Below are positions 51,649-64,000 of a DNA stretch of 64,000 bases, piece after piece. Source of the stretch: Octopus sinensis (lineage: Eukaryota). The stretch lies in the NCBI RefSeq assembly GCF_006345805.1, contig NC_042997.1:159712001-159776000 (forward strand), read 5' to 3'. A program made the position numbers and the translations under genes. A model generated the notes under the pieces. It did not search any database and was not told the DNA's origin. It was given only the letters and a program-made list of their open reading frames with translations. Each line of letters starts with the position of its first letter. The first letter of the stretch is position 1.

Positions 51649-53308
51649 ATTGCTGCCTATTAACATACAAATAAATGTATATATTATTGCTTATAATAAT
51701 ATCTTTCTTTCATATGTGTGGATAATTATAATTATAATTATAATTTATAATTATACCTATATTCGTTTTTCGGGGCCCTATCTTTACACTGGAATAAGTA
51801 TTCTTTTTCTCTCTGTACGGTGTTTTATCTGCCACACCCACCCTCAAAGAAAATAACTAGAATGTAGCTAGGATATATAATCCCTTGTATACGTTTCTTG
51901 CATATATGTGTGTGTGTGTGTATAGATAAATTTACTTCGAAATGGATGCGAGGTGTTCAATCAAATAATATAAATAATATATATATGGTGGGGTGTATGT
52001 ATATGTACATACTTACACATATATATGCATATTAGGTATATAGATATGTGTGTGAAAAGGTTGAGTTCAATTTCATCCATTACCTTGTGGGGCTTCCAAA
52101 GGGGCGATTTCTAACAAATATTCTTCATATTTCGTTGGTAGATTCCTGGTGTAAATTTCTGTGAATATGAAATTATTATATGCATATGGAATGTGATGAG
52201 AATTTCTGGAAATGTATCCCATAGAAACTCAACAAAGTATTAAAGATGGTGAAGAGAAGATGTTAGAATTTTAGAAAGAAGTTTAATATATGCATACGAT
52301 TGGTTCGAACCGAAATGCTAACATACAAATAACATGGTAGAATAATTGGAAATTAATTAAATTAAATTAAATTACATATTACTGTACTCCTCAGTGCAAA
52401 AAAAAAGAATGCATTAAAAGATTATTGTTTTTGTTACAGAAGACTTGATAGAGGACGTAGAAAATAACATATTGGGATATATATATTTCTCCCTATGAAA
52501 GATCAAGAGCAAACTAAGAAAAATGTTGTTGAGTCTAGTTGAGAAAAAAATAAAACTGATTCCGCCAACGGTTATTTGAAAATATATGTGCAAGATGTTA
52601 TAGAAATAAAGATAGAAGTATAGTTGTCAATATTACAGAATTAAGATATTAAATACTTGCTGTTGAGAAGAATATTGAATACTCCGTTCCAGGAAAATGA
52701 AATGGAAAAAGTTACGTTTACAAAAGGCTAAATAATAAACAATGTAGGGGCGTTAAAGCTGAGACAATGTCGTAAGAATGTTTTATCTAAGTGTTATAAT
52801 TATCGGTATTTAGCAGGTTACTATATTTTTGTATAAATAATAAAAATAAATTGAATGAGTTGAAGTTTATAGTTATATTATATAAATAATATTGTCTAAC
52901 GGATATACGGTAATAGTGAATTGTGAATGTAAGAAAAAATATGTTTTTATTTATGGAATAAAAGGTGCAAATAAATATATTAAAAAAGGGAAATAATTCA
53001 TATATAAAAATCTGTTTCTATATTGTATACTGATACATTTACAGAAAACATATATGCAAGAAACGTATACAAGGGATTATATATCCTAGCTACATTCTAG
53101 TTATTTTCTTTGAGGGTGGGTGTGGCAGATAAAACACCGTACAGAGAGAAAAAGAATACTTATTCCAGTGTAAAGATAGGGCCCCCAAAAACGAATATAG
53201 GTATAATTATAAATTATAATTATAATTATAATTATCCACATATATGAAAGAAAGATATTATTATAAGCAATAATATATACATTTATTTGTATGTTAATAG
53301 GCAGCAAT

Positions 53309-53312
<4 letters not shown>
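51646..53312. repeat. Inverted repeat: about 265-bp unique arms (51646-51910 / 53050-53312) around a 1.1-kb AT-rich spacer
   Basis: Near-identical reverse complements; the six-frame track gives the same spurious peptide on opposite strands. Confidence 0.92.
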
Positions 53313-53387
<75 letters not shown>

Positions 53388-53389
53388 TT

Positions 53390-54695
53390 TCTGACATAGA
53401 AAGACTATATATACAACGTATAGAAGGTGGTAGAGGCCTTATACAGCTGGAAAACTACTATAAAATAACCACCATAGGACTGCAAAAATATCTACTTCAG
53501 AAGGAAGGAAAACTGATCTAGATAGCGGCAAAACACGAGCAAAACAAAAAACTGTTCTCAGTATTTAAGGAAGCTGACAAATACAAACAAGAAATCATAC
53601 CACCTAATAAACATGAAGAAGAAGAAGAAGAAGAAGAAGAAGAAGAAGAAGAAGAAGAAGAAGAAGAAGAAGAAAAGAAGAAGAAGAAGAAGAAGAAGAA
53701 GAAGAAGAAGAAGAAGAAGAAGAAGAAGAAGAAGAAACAACAAAAGCTATAAAACAAATGAAATCCAAACTAAAAATAGAACAGCAACGAACCATGATAA
53801 AACGATGGCAAGAAAAGCCCCTTCATGGTAAATACTGGACTAAACTAAACGCATAAGAAATAGACAAAGAAAAATCCCAGCAATGGTTGAGAAGCTCAGG
53901 ACTCAAAGCAGAAACAGAGGAATTCTTAATTGCAGCACAAGACCAAAGCCTCCCCACCAGAAATTACCAAAAACATGTAATGAAAAGAAATATTACAAGT
54001 AACTGCAGAATATGTGGAGATGGACAAGAAACAATAAATCATATTATCTCTAGCTGCCCAGTCCTGGCTAAGAAGGAATATATTCACAGACATGACAGTG
54101 TTGGAACCTACATATATTGGAAGCTATGCCAACATTATGGAATAACAACAGAAAAAAGATGGTATAGGCACACACCAGAAAAGGTCACAGAAAACGAGAA
54201 AGCAACCATACTCTGGGATATGCCGATACACACAGATAGAGAATTAAGGCCAACAGACCAGATATAGTTGTCAGAGATCATGAAGAAAAAAAATGCTTTC
54301 TAATTGATGTATCAATACCGGCATATGACAACGTGTCTCTAAAAGAAATGGAGAAACTCTCAAAATACAAAGACCTGGAAATAGAGGAATGTGGAATCTG
54401 AAAACAGAAACAATTCCTATCATAGTAGGTGCATTAGGCATGATAAAAAAATATTCAGACAAATACATAACAAAAACACCAGGACTTACAAACTCATATA
54501 ACATACAGAAGATTGCACTACTAGGCACTGCACACATCCTACGCAGAACACTTTCCATACAATAACCATCAGAGCATCACAAAAAATCACAGCACATACC
54601 CAAGGCACACAGAGCTGTGCTCGGTAGTGAAGTGAAAGCACGCTATAAAAATAAAACTACTGAATAATAATAATAATAATAATAATATAATAATA

Positions 54696-54739
<44 letters not shown>

Positions 54740-55760
54740 TAATAATAATAAACTGTTCTCAGTACTTAAGGAAGCTGACAAATACAAACAAGAAATCATA
54801 CCACCTAATAAACATGAAGAAGAAGAAGAAGAAGAAACAACAAAAGCTATAAAACAAATGAAATCCAAACTAAAAATAGAACAGCAACGAACCATGATAA
54901 AACGATGGCAAGAAAAGCCCCTTCATGGTAAATACTGGACTAAACTAAACGCAAAAGAAATAGACAAAGAAAAATCCCAGCAATGGCTGAGAAGCTCAGG
55001 ACTCAAAGCAGAAACAGAGGGATTTTTAATTGCAGCACAAGACCAAAGCCTCCCCACCAGAAATTAACAAAAACATGTAATGAAAAGAAATATTACAAGT
55101 AACTGCAGAATATGTGGAGATGGACAAGAAACAATAAATCATATTATCTCTAGCTGCCCAGTCCTGGCTAAGAAGGAATATATTCACAGACATGACAGTG
55201 TTGGAACCTACATATATTGGAAGCTATGCCAACATTATGGAATAACAACAGAAAAAAGATGGTATAGGCACACACCAGAAAAGGTCACAGAAAACGAGAA
55301 AGCAACCATACTCTGGGATATGCCGATACACACAGATAGAGAAATTAAGGCCAACAGACCAGATATAGTTGTCAGAGATCATGAAGAAAAAAAATGCTTT
55401 CTAATTGATGTATCAATACCGGCATATGACAACGTGTCTCTAAAAGAAATGGAGAAACTCTCAAAATACAAAGACCTGGAAATAGAGGAATGTGGAATCT
55501 GAAAACAGAAACAATTCCTATCATAGTAGGTGCATTAGGCATGATAAAAAAATATTCAGACAAATACATAACAAAAACACCAGGACTTACAAACTCATAT
55601 AACATACAGAAGATTGCACTACTAGGCACTGCACACATCCTACGCAGAACACTTTCCATACAATAACCATCAGAGCATCACAAAAAATCACAGCACATAC
55701 CCAAGGCACACAGAGCTGTGCTCGGTAGTGAAGTGAAAGCACGCTATAAAAATAAAACTA

Positions 55761-55846
<86 letters not shown>

Positions 55847-56860
55847 CTGTTCTCAGTACTTAAGGAAGCTGACAAATACAAACAAGAAATCATACCACCT
55901 AATAAACATGAAGAAGAAGAAGAAGAAGAAACAACAAAAGCTATAAAACAAATGAAATCCAAACTAAAAATAGAACAGCAACGAACCATGATAAAACGAT
56001 GGCAAGAAAAGCCCCTTCATGGTAAATACTGGACTAAACTAAACGCAAAAGAAATAGACAAAGAAAAATCCCAGCAATGGCTGAGAAGCTCAGGACTCAA
56101 AGCAGAAACAGAGGGATTTTTAATTGCAGCACAAGACCAAAGCCTCCCCACCAGAAATTAACAAAAACATGTAATGAAAAGAAATATTACAAGTAACTGC
56201 AGGATATGTCGAAATGGAGAAGAAACAATAAATCATATTATCTTTGGCTGCCTAGTCCTGGCTAAGAAGGAATATATTCACAGACATGACAGAGTTGGAA
56301 CCTACATATATTGGAAGCTATGTCAACATTATGGAATAACAACAGAAAAAAGATGGTATAGGCACACACCAGAAAAGGTCACAGAAAACGAGAAAGCAAC
56401 CATACTCTGGGATATGCCGATACACACAGATAGAGAAATTAAGGCCAATAGACCAGATATAGTTGTCAGAGATCATGAAGAAAAAAAATGCTTTCTAATT
56501 GATGTATCAATACCGGCAGATGACAACGTGTCTCTAAAAGAAATGGAGAAACTCTCAAAATCAAAGACCTGGAAATAGAGGTAACTAGAATGTGGAATCT
56601 GAAAACAGAAACAATTCCTATCATAGTAGGTGCATTAGGCATGATAAAAAAATATTCAGACAAATACATAACAAAAACACCTGGACTTACAAACTCATAT
56701 AACATACAGAAAATTGCACTACTAGGCACTGCACACATCCTACGCAGAACACTTTCCATACAATAACCATCAGAGCATCACAACAAATCACAGCACATAC
56801 CCAGGGCACACAGAGCTGTGCTCGGTAGTGAAGTGAAAGCACGCTATAAAAATAAAACTA

Positions 56861-56940
<80 letters not shown>

Positions 56941-57014
56941 ACAACACATACCTAAGGCACACAGAGCTTCGCTCGGTAGTGAAGTGAAAGCACGCTATAA
57001 AAATAAAACTACTG
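53390..57014 (+). mobile_element. Tandem array of Dong family A 3' ends separated by (TAA)n: 53390-54662, 54750-55763, 55844-56863, and a solo 3' UTR at 56933-57014
   Basis: Repeated CCHC/RHD/PD..D endonuclease region and 3' UTR GCTCGGTAGTGAAGTGAAAGCACGCTATAAAAATAAAACTACTG, each followed by (AAT)n. Confidence 0.93.
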
Positions 57015-57039
57015 AATGATAATAATAATAATAATAATT

Positions 57040-58230
57040 TGCACCTTTTACCCCATAAATAAAACAAATTTTTTCTGACTTTCACAATTCACTATTACCT
57101 TATATCCGTAAGACAATTATTATTTATATAATATTATTATGGATTTCCCACTTCCTTCATGCCAAACTGGATTCGCAATTCTTATTCTAATTTTTTAATT
57201 ATTTATACATAAACGTAATCAACCTACTAAATACCGATAATTGTAACTTTCTTTAAAAAACAGTCTTACGACTTTGTCTCAGCTTTATTTCTCCTACATT
57301 GTTAATTACTTAGCTTTTTGAATACCTAAAATTTTCATTTTCATTTTCCTGGAACGGTTTTTTACAATATTTTAACCCCAGCAATTACTTACTATCTTAA
57401 TTCTGTAATATTGACAACTATACTTCTATTTTTATTTCTGTACATTACATTTCATTCACACAAATGAATATAAATTTTTACACAAAATTTTTTTTTGTAT
57501 TATATAGTGCTATTCTCTAACAATTCCGTTCTTTTCGTTTGTATTCAAGTAGGCTAATAAAAACTATATTAATTAGCTTTTATTTTAATTTTTGCACAAA
57601 AATTTCATATTTAAAAGAAATAGCTTCTTTAAATATACACTATACCTTATATTACTGACATATTACTTATAACTATCAAGTCATATCCTAATTCAAATAT
57701 AACTATACTGTCCCATTGAACATCTATGTCTTACTTCTTTTGATAAATGCTTTATTTCGAGTGAATATTACATTTCTTATTTTCATATAGAGGGAATGTT
57801 TCTTAAACATCTTTCATTTATATTTTCAAATAACCGTTGGCCGCATCAGTTTCAGTTTTTTCACAACTAGATTCAACAGCATTTTTTTAGTCTGCTCTTG
57901 ATCTTTCATAAGGATAAGTATGTATATCCCAATATGTTATTTTTCTACTTCCTCCATCAAGTCTTCTGTAACAATAATAATAATTTCTTGAAGCATTCTT
58001 TTTTGCATTGAGGAGAACAGTAATATGAAATTACTTTAATTTAATAAATTTCCAATTATTCTACTATGTTATCTGCATGTTATTATTGCTGTGCGAAACG
58101 ATCGTATGCATGAGTTAAAATTCTTTTTAAATTTTTAAATCTCTTCATCTTTAATAGTTTGTTCAGTTTGTAAGGGTTACATTTCCATAAAATCTTATCA
58201 CAAACCATAGTTATGTACATATACATAAGT
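57040..58230 (-). repeat. Diverged inverted paralog of 52020-52975
   Basis: For example, TTGCACCTTTTACCCCATAAATAAAAC...TATCCGTAAGACAAT matches the reverse complement of 52895-52972, with many substitutions. Confidence 0.75.
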
Positions 58231-58239
58231 ATATGCATG

Positions 58240-58276
<37 letters not shown>

Positions 58277-58369
58277 TGTGTGTGTGTGTGTGGTGTGTGT
58301 GTGTGTGTGTGTGTTACGTTTATATATTTGTTGTGCAAGATTTTTTATGTGAAGTCGTGTGTTGAAACA

Positions 58370-58745
58370 GACATTGTTGTATTTCGGAATGGTCATTTTG
58401 CCAGTTTAGCCAATAAAAACACACGCACTATATATTTGGTGTTACTTTGCTTCGGTGTTATTTCTATTGGTTTGGTAATAGATATAGTTACGATCGCATT
58501 AATGGTGGTGATTGTGATAGGATGGGGAAAACACAGGCGCACAAATATATACATACCTACAAACATACAAGAAAGCAAAGGACCACTGATGCGGTCACAG
58601 GAGTGTGACGAAAGAACTCTGGCCGAAATAAGATTAAGATTAATGTAAAAAATAAATAACACTGAAGCAAAGTAACACCAAATATATAGTGCGTGTGTTT
58701 TTATTGGCTAAACTGGCAAAATAACCATTCCGAAATACAACAATA
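58370..58745. repeat. Inverted repeat (about 92-bp arms, about 190-bp spacer)
   Basis: 58370-58462 matches the reverse complement of 58655-58745. Confidence 0.88.
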
Positions 58746-58899
58746 TATATATATATTATTTATTCATATATTTATATTTATATATACGCGCAAACAAATG
58801 TATACGTATATACACACATGGATATATCAACACAATTTGCGTAGCTATAATTACATATATTGAATGTTTTTAATATGTAAATATTATTAGAAAAGATAC

Positions 58900-59170
58900 C
58901 ACTGGTGGGTCGCAAGGTTTTACAGAACATACAATTTTCCATCTAATTTTCAAACGTTCTTCGACTAGTATTACTAAATTCCCCTGGAAATTAAAAGACA
59001 TTAATATAAGTTTTAAAATTAGATTTAAGATTAAATGGTCTGCAAATCCTCACCACCCACTTGATAGAATTTGTCAACTCTGTACATCCGAACGCTATAA
59101 TATTCTTTTTTTAGTAGAAAATTATTAAATGAGAGGATTAAAAAGTTCTCACCATTCTTACACACTCCTA
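58900..59170 (+). mobile_element. Highly decayed Penelope-like GIY-YIG C-terminus
   Basis: Pieces WKLKDINISFKI...WSANPHHPLDRICQLCTSERYNIL...LLNER. Confidence 0.6.
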
Positions 59171-59323
59171 AATATCTATTTGGTAAATATTATTAACCAT
59201 TCCTTAAATATTAGTATCACTTATATTTAGGTCTAGTATTAACCATTTACTAAATTTGATCCTTACTGAATTAGATCCTTGTTAGAACCAGAATTTATAT
59301 CCATATTCTAATACATATAATAT

Positions 59324-59357
<34 letters not shown>

Positions 59358-59453
59358 CATGTAATATTTTGAATTCGCCTTAAATGGTCCCTTTACATAC
59401 TGAATACTTGATGGAATTGATTAATAATTAATTAATTTTACCCTCAATTGTTG

Positions 59454-59528
<75 letters not shown>

Positions 59529-59934
59529 CAGTAAATCATTCAATCTTATTTATTTCGTACTATATATAAATAACATTCCCTTACCTTTAAAGTTATTGCA
59601 TATCCGTTACGTTATTTCTTTCTTACTTTTCAACAGTAAAGTAAATTATAGAACAATTCATATTTTTTTGGTTATTTTTAAATTTAAATATCATAATCGA
59701 TGTACCTACTAAATAGTTCCAATGTATTTTAGTAACCTATTGACTATTATACATAAATTTAGATAGTTTGGATTTTTTCATATTGCATAATATGATATTC
59801 CTTCTTACAACCGAATATTCTCCAATTTACATATTAACATAGATAATATATAACAATTATAAGCATATTATACTACATTATAGCCAATGCCTAAATAATA
59901 CTCTCATATAATCTACCAGCTTTTTTATTTCATT

Positions 59935-61250
59935 ACATGATAGTTTTGTTTTCCTTCCCCCTGTTCAATTTTTTCCTTTTCTAACAGATTAACTGAAAAA
60001 TTCTAAACATTAAGCCTAACCTTATTGCTTTATCTTTTCTAATAGTATTTATTTATAAAACATATCTTTGACACAGGGTCTATCTATATAATTATAACGA
60101 TATAAATTTTGTTGATATATGCATGTGTGTATGTATGAATATATATGTATACATTTCATCATATATATATACACACACACACTTATATACATTTATATAT
60201 ATATATATGCATACATACATGCACACACTCATATCTATGTTTGTAGGTATGTATGTATTTGTGTGCTTGTGTTTGCCACTCCTACCAAAACCACCACCAT
60301 TAATGAGATAGTGACTCATGTATAGCTTTCCTGAAATGTATCTATTACCAAACCAATAGAAATAATTGATTTTTATATACAACCGATAAAGAATATTTTT
60401 TCATCTAACCTATCTTTCATTTATTTTATAAGATAATTTGTTCCCTTGTATACTTAAGTATTATTACTTTTATTTTTATTTTTATTTTGTACTATATATA
60501 TTTCTTCTTTTTATTTAGATTTTATACCAAATATATTTTATTTTTAATTTACATTTTCTACTATCTATATTTTCTTTATTTACATTTTATATTATATATA
60601 TATTACATATATATATTATTAACTTTCTATTTACCATCGTTTTTTTTTTCTCATTCTTATCTTTCTTTACCCTTTTTATTTTAGGTTATATTTATTTTAT
60701 TGTTTTCTATTTTGAATTTTTATTTACATTACCTTGTACTAAATGGCATCTTCACTAATATCTGCTACTCACCAACTAGATACACGTAGATTATATATAG
60801 GATCTAACTTCTTAAACTCATTAATATGCTCTATACATCCTTCAAAGAAAAATGTTAACCTTAATTCTTTAAGCTCATATGAACCCTGAAGAAGTTCTAC
60901 CCAATTTCTGAGCTTATAACCAAAATGCTTATAATTGCATATAAACTAGAGGTTAAACTGAAACATATATGTAGATTTTTCACACCTCTCATTCTCCTTC
61001 TGAGCTTTACAACTTATAATTTATTTGTATTGTTATCGTTTTTAAAAATTTCAACCTCTTTATATCATATAACTAAATTATTCATTCCCCCATCTTTCTC
61101 CAGTTTCTTCTTTTTTCCAATAATGATGATAATTATCACTGCAAAATCCCCTAATATATGGCAGAAACTTTCTCCTTATATGATAGTGATTATCCAGTGG
61201 AATATTTTGGGCTATATAATGCTTAATGTGGATCTAACTTCCTCGAATTA

Positions 61251-61252
<2 letters not shown>
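59935..61252 (+). repeat. Family X repeat, copy 2
   Basis: Collinear with 47085-48420. Confidence 0.8.
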
Positions 61253-61288
<36 letters not shown>

Positions 61289-61289
<1 letters not shown>

Positions 61290-62243
61290 TCTTTTACTTG
61301 TTTCAGTCATTTGACAGTGGCCATTCTGGAGCACCGCATTTAGCCGAGCAAATCGACCCCAAGAATTATTCTTTGGAAGCTTAGTACTTATTCAATCTGG
61401 TTCTTTTTGCCGAACCGCTAGGTTATGGGGACGTAAAAACAACACGATCAGTTCTCAAGCGATATTGGGGGAACAAACACAGACACGCAACCATATACAA
61501 ATACACTATATATATATATATATATGACGGGTTTCTTTCAGTTTCCGTCTACCAAATCCACTCACAAGGGTTTGGTCGGCCCGAGAATACAGTAGAAGAT
61601 ATTTGCCCAAGGTGCCACGCAGTAGGAATGAACCCGGAACCTTGTGGTTGCTAAGCAAGCTATTGGGTTGTCTGGAAATTTCGTGCCGATTTATAGTAGC
61701 TTATATTTCGACTTATTTTAGAACATGGTTGAGTCCATAAAATAGGATTTGACTACACCTCCATTTCGAGCATAGTTTAATTTATCTTTTTGTGGAAGAA
61801 GGTTTATGTTCCTATAACCTGTGTTAATATTGTAACCATTTAAAATGGAAGATAAGAAAGTTCATTTTCGGCAGTTGATGCTTTGGGAACCAAACAAAAA
61901 TTGTTCAGCTGGGATGTGTTACTCTACCCTCCATATTCACCAGATATTGCTCTTTCGGATTTCCACTCATTCAGGTCGCTGCAGAATAGTCTTAATGGTA
62001 AAAATATCAAATCCTTGGATGACGTAAAAAGATACATTGACGAATTCTTTGCCATGAAACCCCCTCAATTCTGGGAAGAGGGTATTTTTAAGTTAAAAGA
62101 AAGATGGAGACATATTGTGCAACAAAATGGTTCATATTTGGTTGATTAGAAATATGGTGGCAAGTATTTATTGACGTTTTTCTTTCCTTTAAAAATCGGT
62201 ATGAACTTTCCGGACAACTCAATAATTACCACACAGCCACTCC
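61289..62243 (-). mobile_element. tRNA-derived SINE split by a mini-mariner (SINE parts 61289-61662 and 62223-62243)
   Basis: The SINE sequence AAGCAAGCTA resumes as TA-ATTACCACACAGCCACTCCT after the insertion. Confidence 0.85.
61663..62222 (+). mobile_element. Internally deleted mariner (560 bp)
   Basis: Imperfect TIRs TTGGGTTGTCTGGAAATTTCGTGCCGATTT / AAATCGGTATGAACTTTCCGGACAACTCAA and a TA duplication. The transposase N-terminus MEDKKVHFR is joined to the C-terminus YPPYSPDIALSDFH...QQNGSYLVD. Confidence 0.88.
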
Positions 62244-62410
62244 TACGCCAGAATGCAGGTACAAACTTGTGGGTACGTATACACGCCTACGCATGCATAC
62301 ACACGTATACACTCGTACATGCACCCACATACACATACACAGGCACGTACACACACGCACGGACGCGCGCACATAGTCACATAGTCACACGCACACACTC
62401 ACACACACAC

Positions 62411-62473
<63 letters not shown>

Positions 62474-62693
62474 CAGGCGTTCAGAAGTAGTTAATCAGAG
62501 TTTCACGCCATTCGATTTGTTTGTGGAAACATTTTCACTTCAATTTTAAAAAACAGGAAGCGAGAATCGAAAACGAGAAGATAATAAAAACGAAATAAAG
62601 GAGACAAGAAATATATTCTGTGCGAGAAGTTATTGTTATTTTCTTACTCGGAAACTGTCTGAAGTGCTATTCATCACAATATAATAAAGAAAT

Positions 62694-63042
62694 ATGAATT
62701 ACTTACCAGTTAGTCACGACATCCGAAGAGGAAATCTTCACGTAATTACATTCTCAGTGCTATTAGTATGCGTGGGCAGTAATATAGCTTGCAAGGAATA
62801 TTATGGAACTAGTGTTCCACCACCTGTAACTGCCATTCCAGAAGCTGACAAGTTGATTAAGATGTCAAACATTCGATCACGAATTGAGTGCTTCTCTCTT
62901 TGTATGACATATTCCGAATGTGGTATGACTATTTACAGCGTTTCCGACAAAGTATGTATCCTGCGTAAAATCAAGCAACTACCAGGTGCCTCATCATTCA
63001 TTGATATTCCTGCAAACAGTATTTACACCTTGCTACAAGCCC
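62694..63042 (+). CDS. Probable first coding exon: signal peptide and PAN/apple-like domain
   Basis: ATG at 62694. Hydrophobic VITFSVLLVCVG; SRIECFSLCMTYSECGMTIYSVSDKVCIL fits the Cx3Cx4C...C PAN pattern. Donor GTGAGT at 63043, phase 1. Confidence 0.78.
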
Positions 63043-63639
63043 GTGAGTAATTTTCTATACTTTGTGTGTGTTGTGCATAATATTAATTTTCTTTCAACCC
63101 ATGTAGGAAAGGCGTCTTATATCTGTGTCTTTTTATCTGTGTCTTATTTAAGATGATATCGGACGACCTAGAGAAATTTGACTGCTACTATTTCTTATCG
63201 GTCAAGCAACGGCTTAAAGGTTCATATTTGGATCACATTACACATGTCCTGAAATAATTATTCTTAAAATAATTTAATCGGTAGTCGTGTCATCTTATCT
63301 ATCTTAAATCTGTGATGTATCTCTGCCTACCTAACGTCATCATATTTTTCTAAGGCAGCAGGATGTTTGATTGAAAGCGATTTAGTTGTTATTTCTAAGA
63401 TGTCTACCAGCCACATAGGGGCTACCTTTCTGTCTGTATTGTGCGTATCACTGGTTTAAATCAATGTATCTCCCAGTATGGCGATTTGGGAAAATGCAAG
63501 GGCTCCCTGAAATAACGTGTTTTTTTTAAAAATTGAATAAAAGGAAGAATAATCTATAGATTGAACGCCATTCATAATTATCCCTAATATCATATTATTA
63601 CATAATGTTTATATGACCAACTCCTCTCTCTCTCTCTCT

Positions 63640-63930
63640 AAAATAGTACTTGCTTCTTATCAAAAGCAGTGTGGCAACAAGTTCTGAATATCAAAATTTT
63701 TGGAAAAGTCATTCGAAGGTAACCGCCTTGAAATACCATATTTTCAATTTCAATGAGCAAACCTTTATATTTTCTGAGCTTGGCGAATTCTTTTTCCGAG
63801 ATATTATTATCATAGGGAATACTAATGTCGATCAATAAACAGACATCATTGCATTTTTCTTTTATAATATCCGCTTTATTGGGTATGATGGTTCGGTCTG
63901 TATATAATGGAAAGTCCCTAAGAATAGTTA
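63640..63930 (-). mobile_element. Dong/R4-like endonuclease fragment
   Basis: IDISIPYDNNISEKEFAKLRKYKGLLIEIE. Confidence 0.7.
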
Positions 63931-64000
63931 CATTTTTTTTTACCTCACTTACAACTACAGGGTGGTGATTATACCTCTTATCAGCAGTTTTGATTTTATC

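Noticed and set aside
51593-53397. Paired ORFs beginning with poly-Leu, and interpretation as a TIR DNA transposon
   Set aside because: The ORFs are translations of (TTA)n. The mirror symmetry extends into flanking Dong sequence, which fits an inverted duplication better than a transposon.
53390-57014. Repeat-spacer-like periodicity suggesting a CRISPR-like array
   Set aside because: The units are about 1.1-kb LINE 3' ends separated by microsatellite. The context is eukaryotic and there are no cas genes.

Overview
AT-rich, repeat-dense animal genomic DNA, most likely an octopod cephalopod (inferred from the tRNA-derived SINE family and the microsatellite load), with one 100-N assembly gap at 13195-13294. 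Host genes: two tandem paralogous C-type lectin (CTL) genes on the + strand, each showing two exons (1-180 + 3256-3497; 29338-29517 + 31084-31316), and a signal-peptide + PAN/apple exon (62694-63042) that probably starts a third family member. The rest is mostly transposon-derived: several Dong/R4-clade LINE families sitting in (TAA)n, CR1 and Tx1-type LINEs, Penelope-like (PLE) fragments, an intact-ORF mariner, a mini-mariner, a Helitron, a hAT-like fragment and SINEs. The most unusual signal is non-coding. Several fold-back (inverted-repeat) structures carry hammerhead ribozyme motifs. These include canonical type I hammerheads (12.2 kb and 36.0 kb) and a two-copy motif at 37.9/38.2 kb whose three hammerhead strands occur in a non-circularly permuted order (substrate strand, GAAA strand, CUGAUGA strand). 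All alignments and folds were done by eye; nothing was computed or searched.
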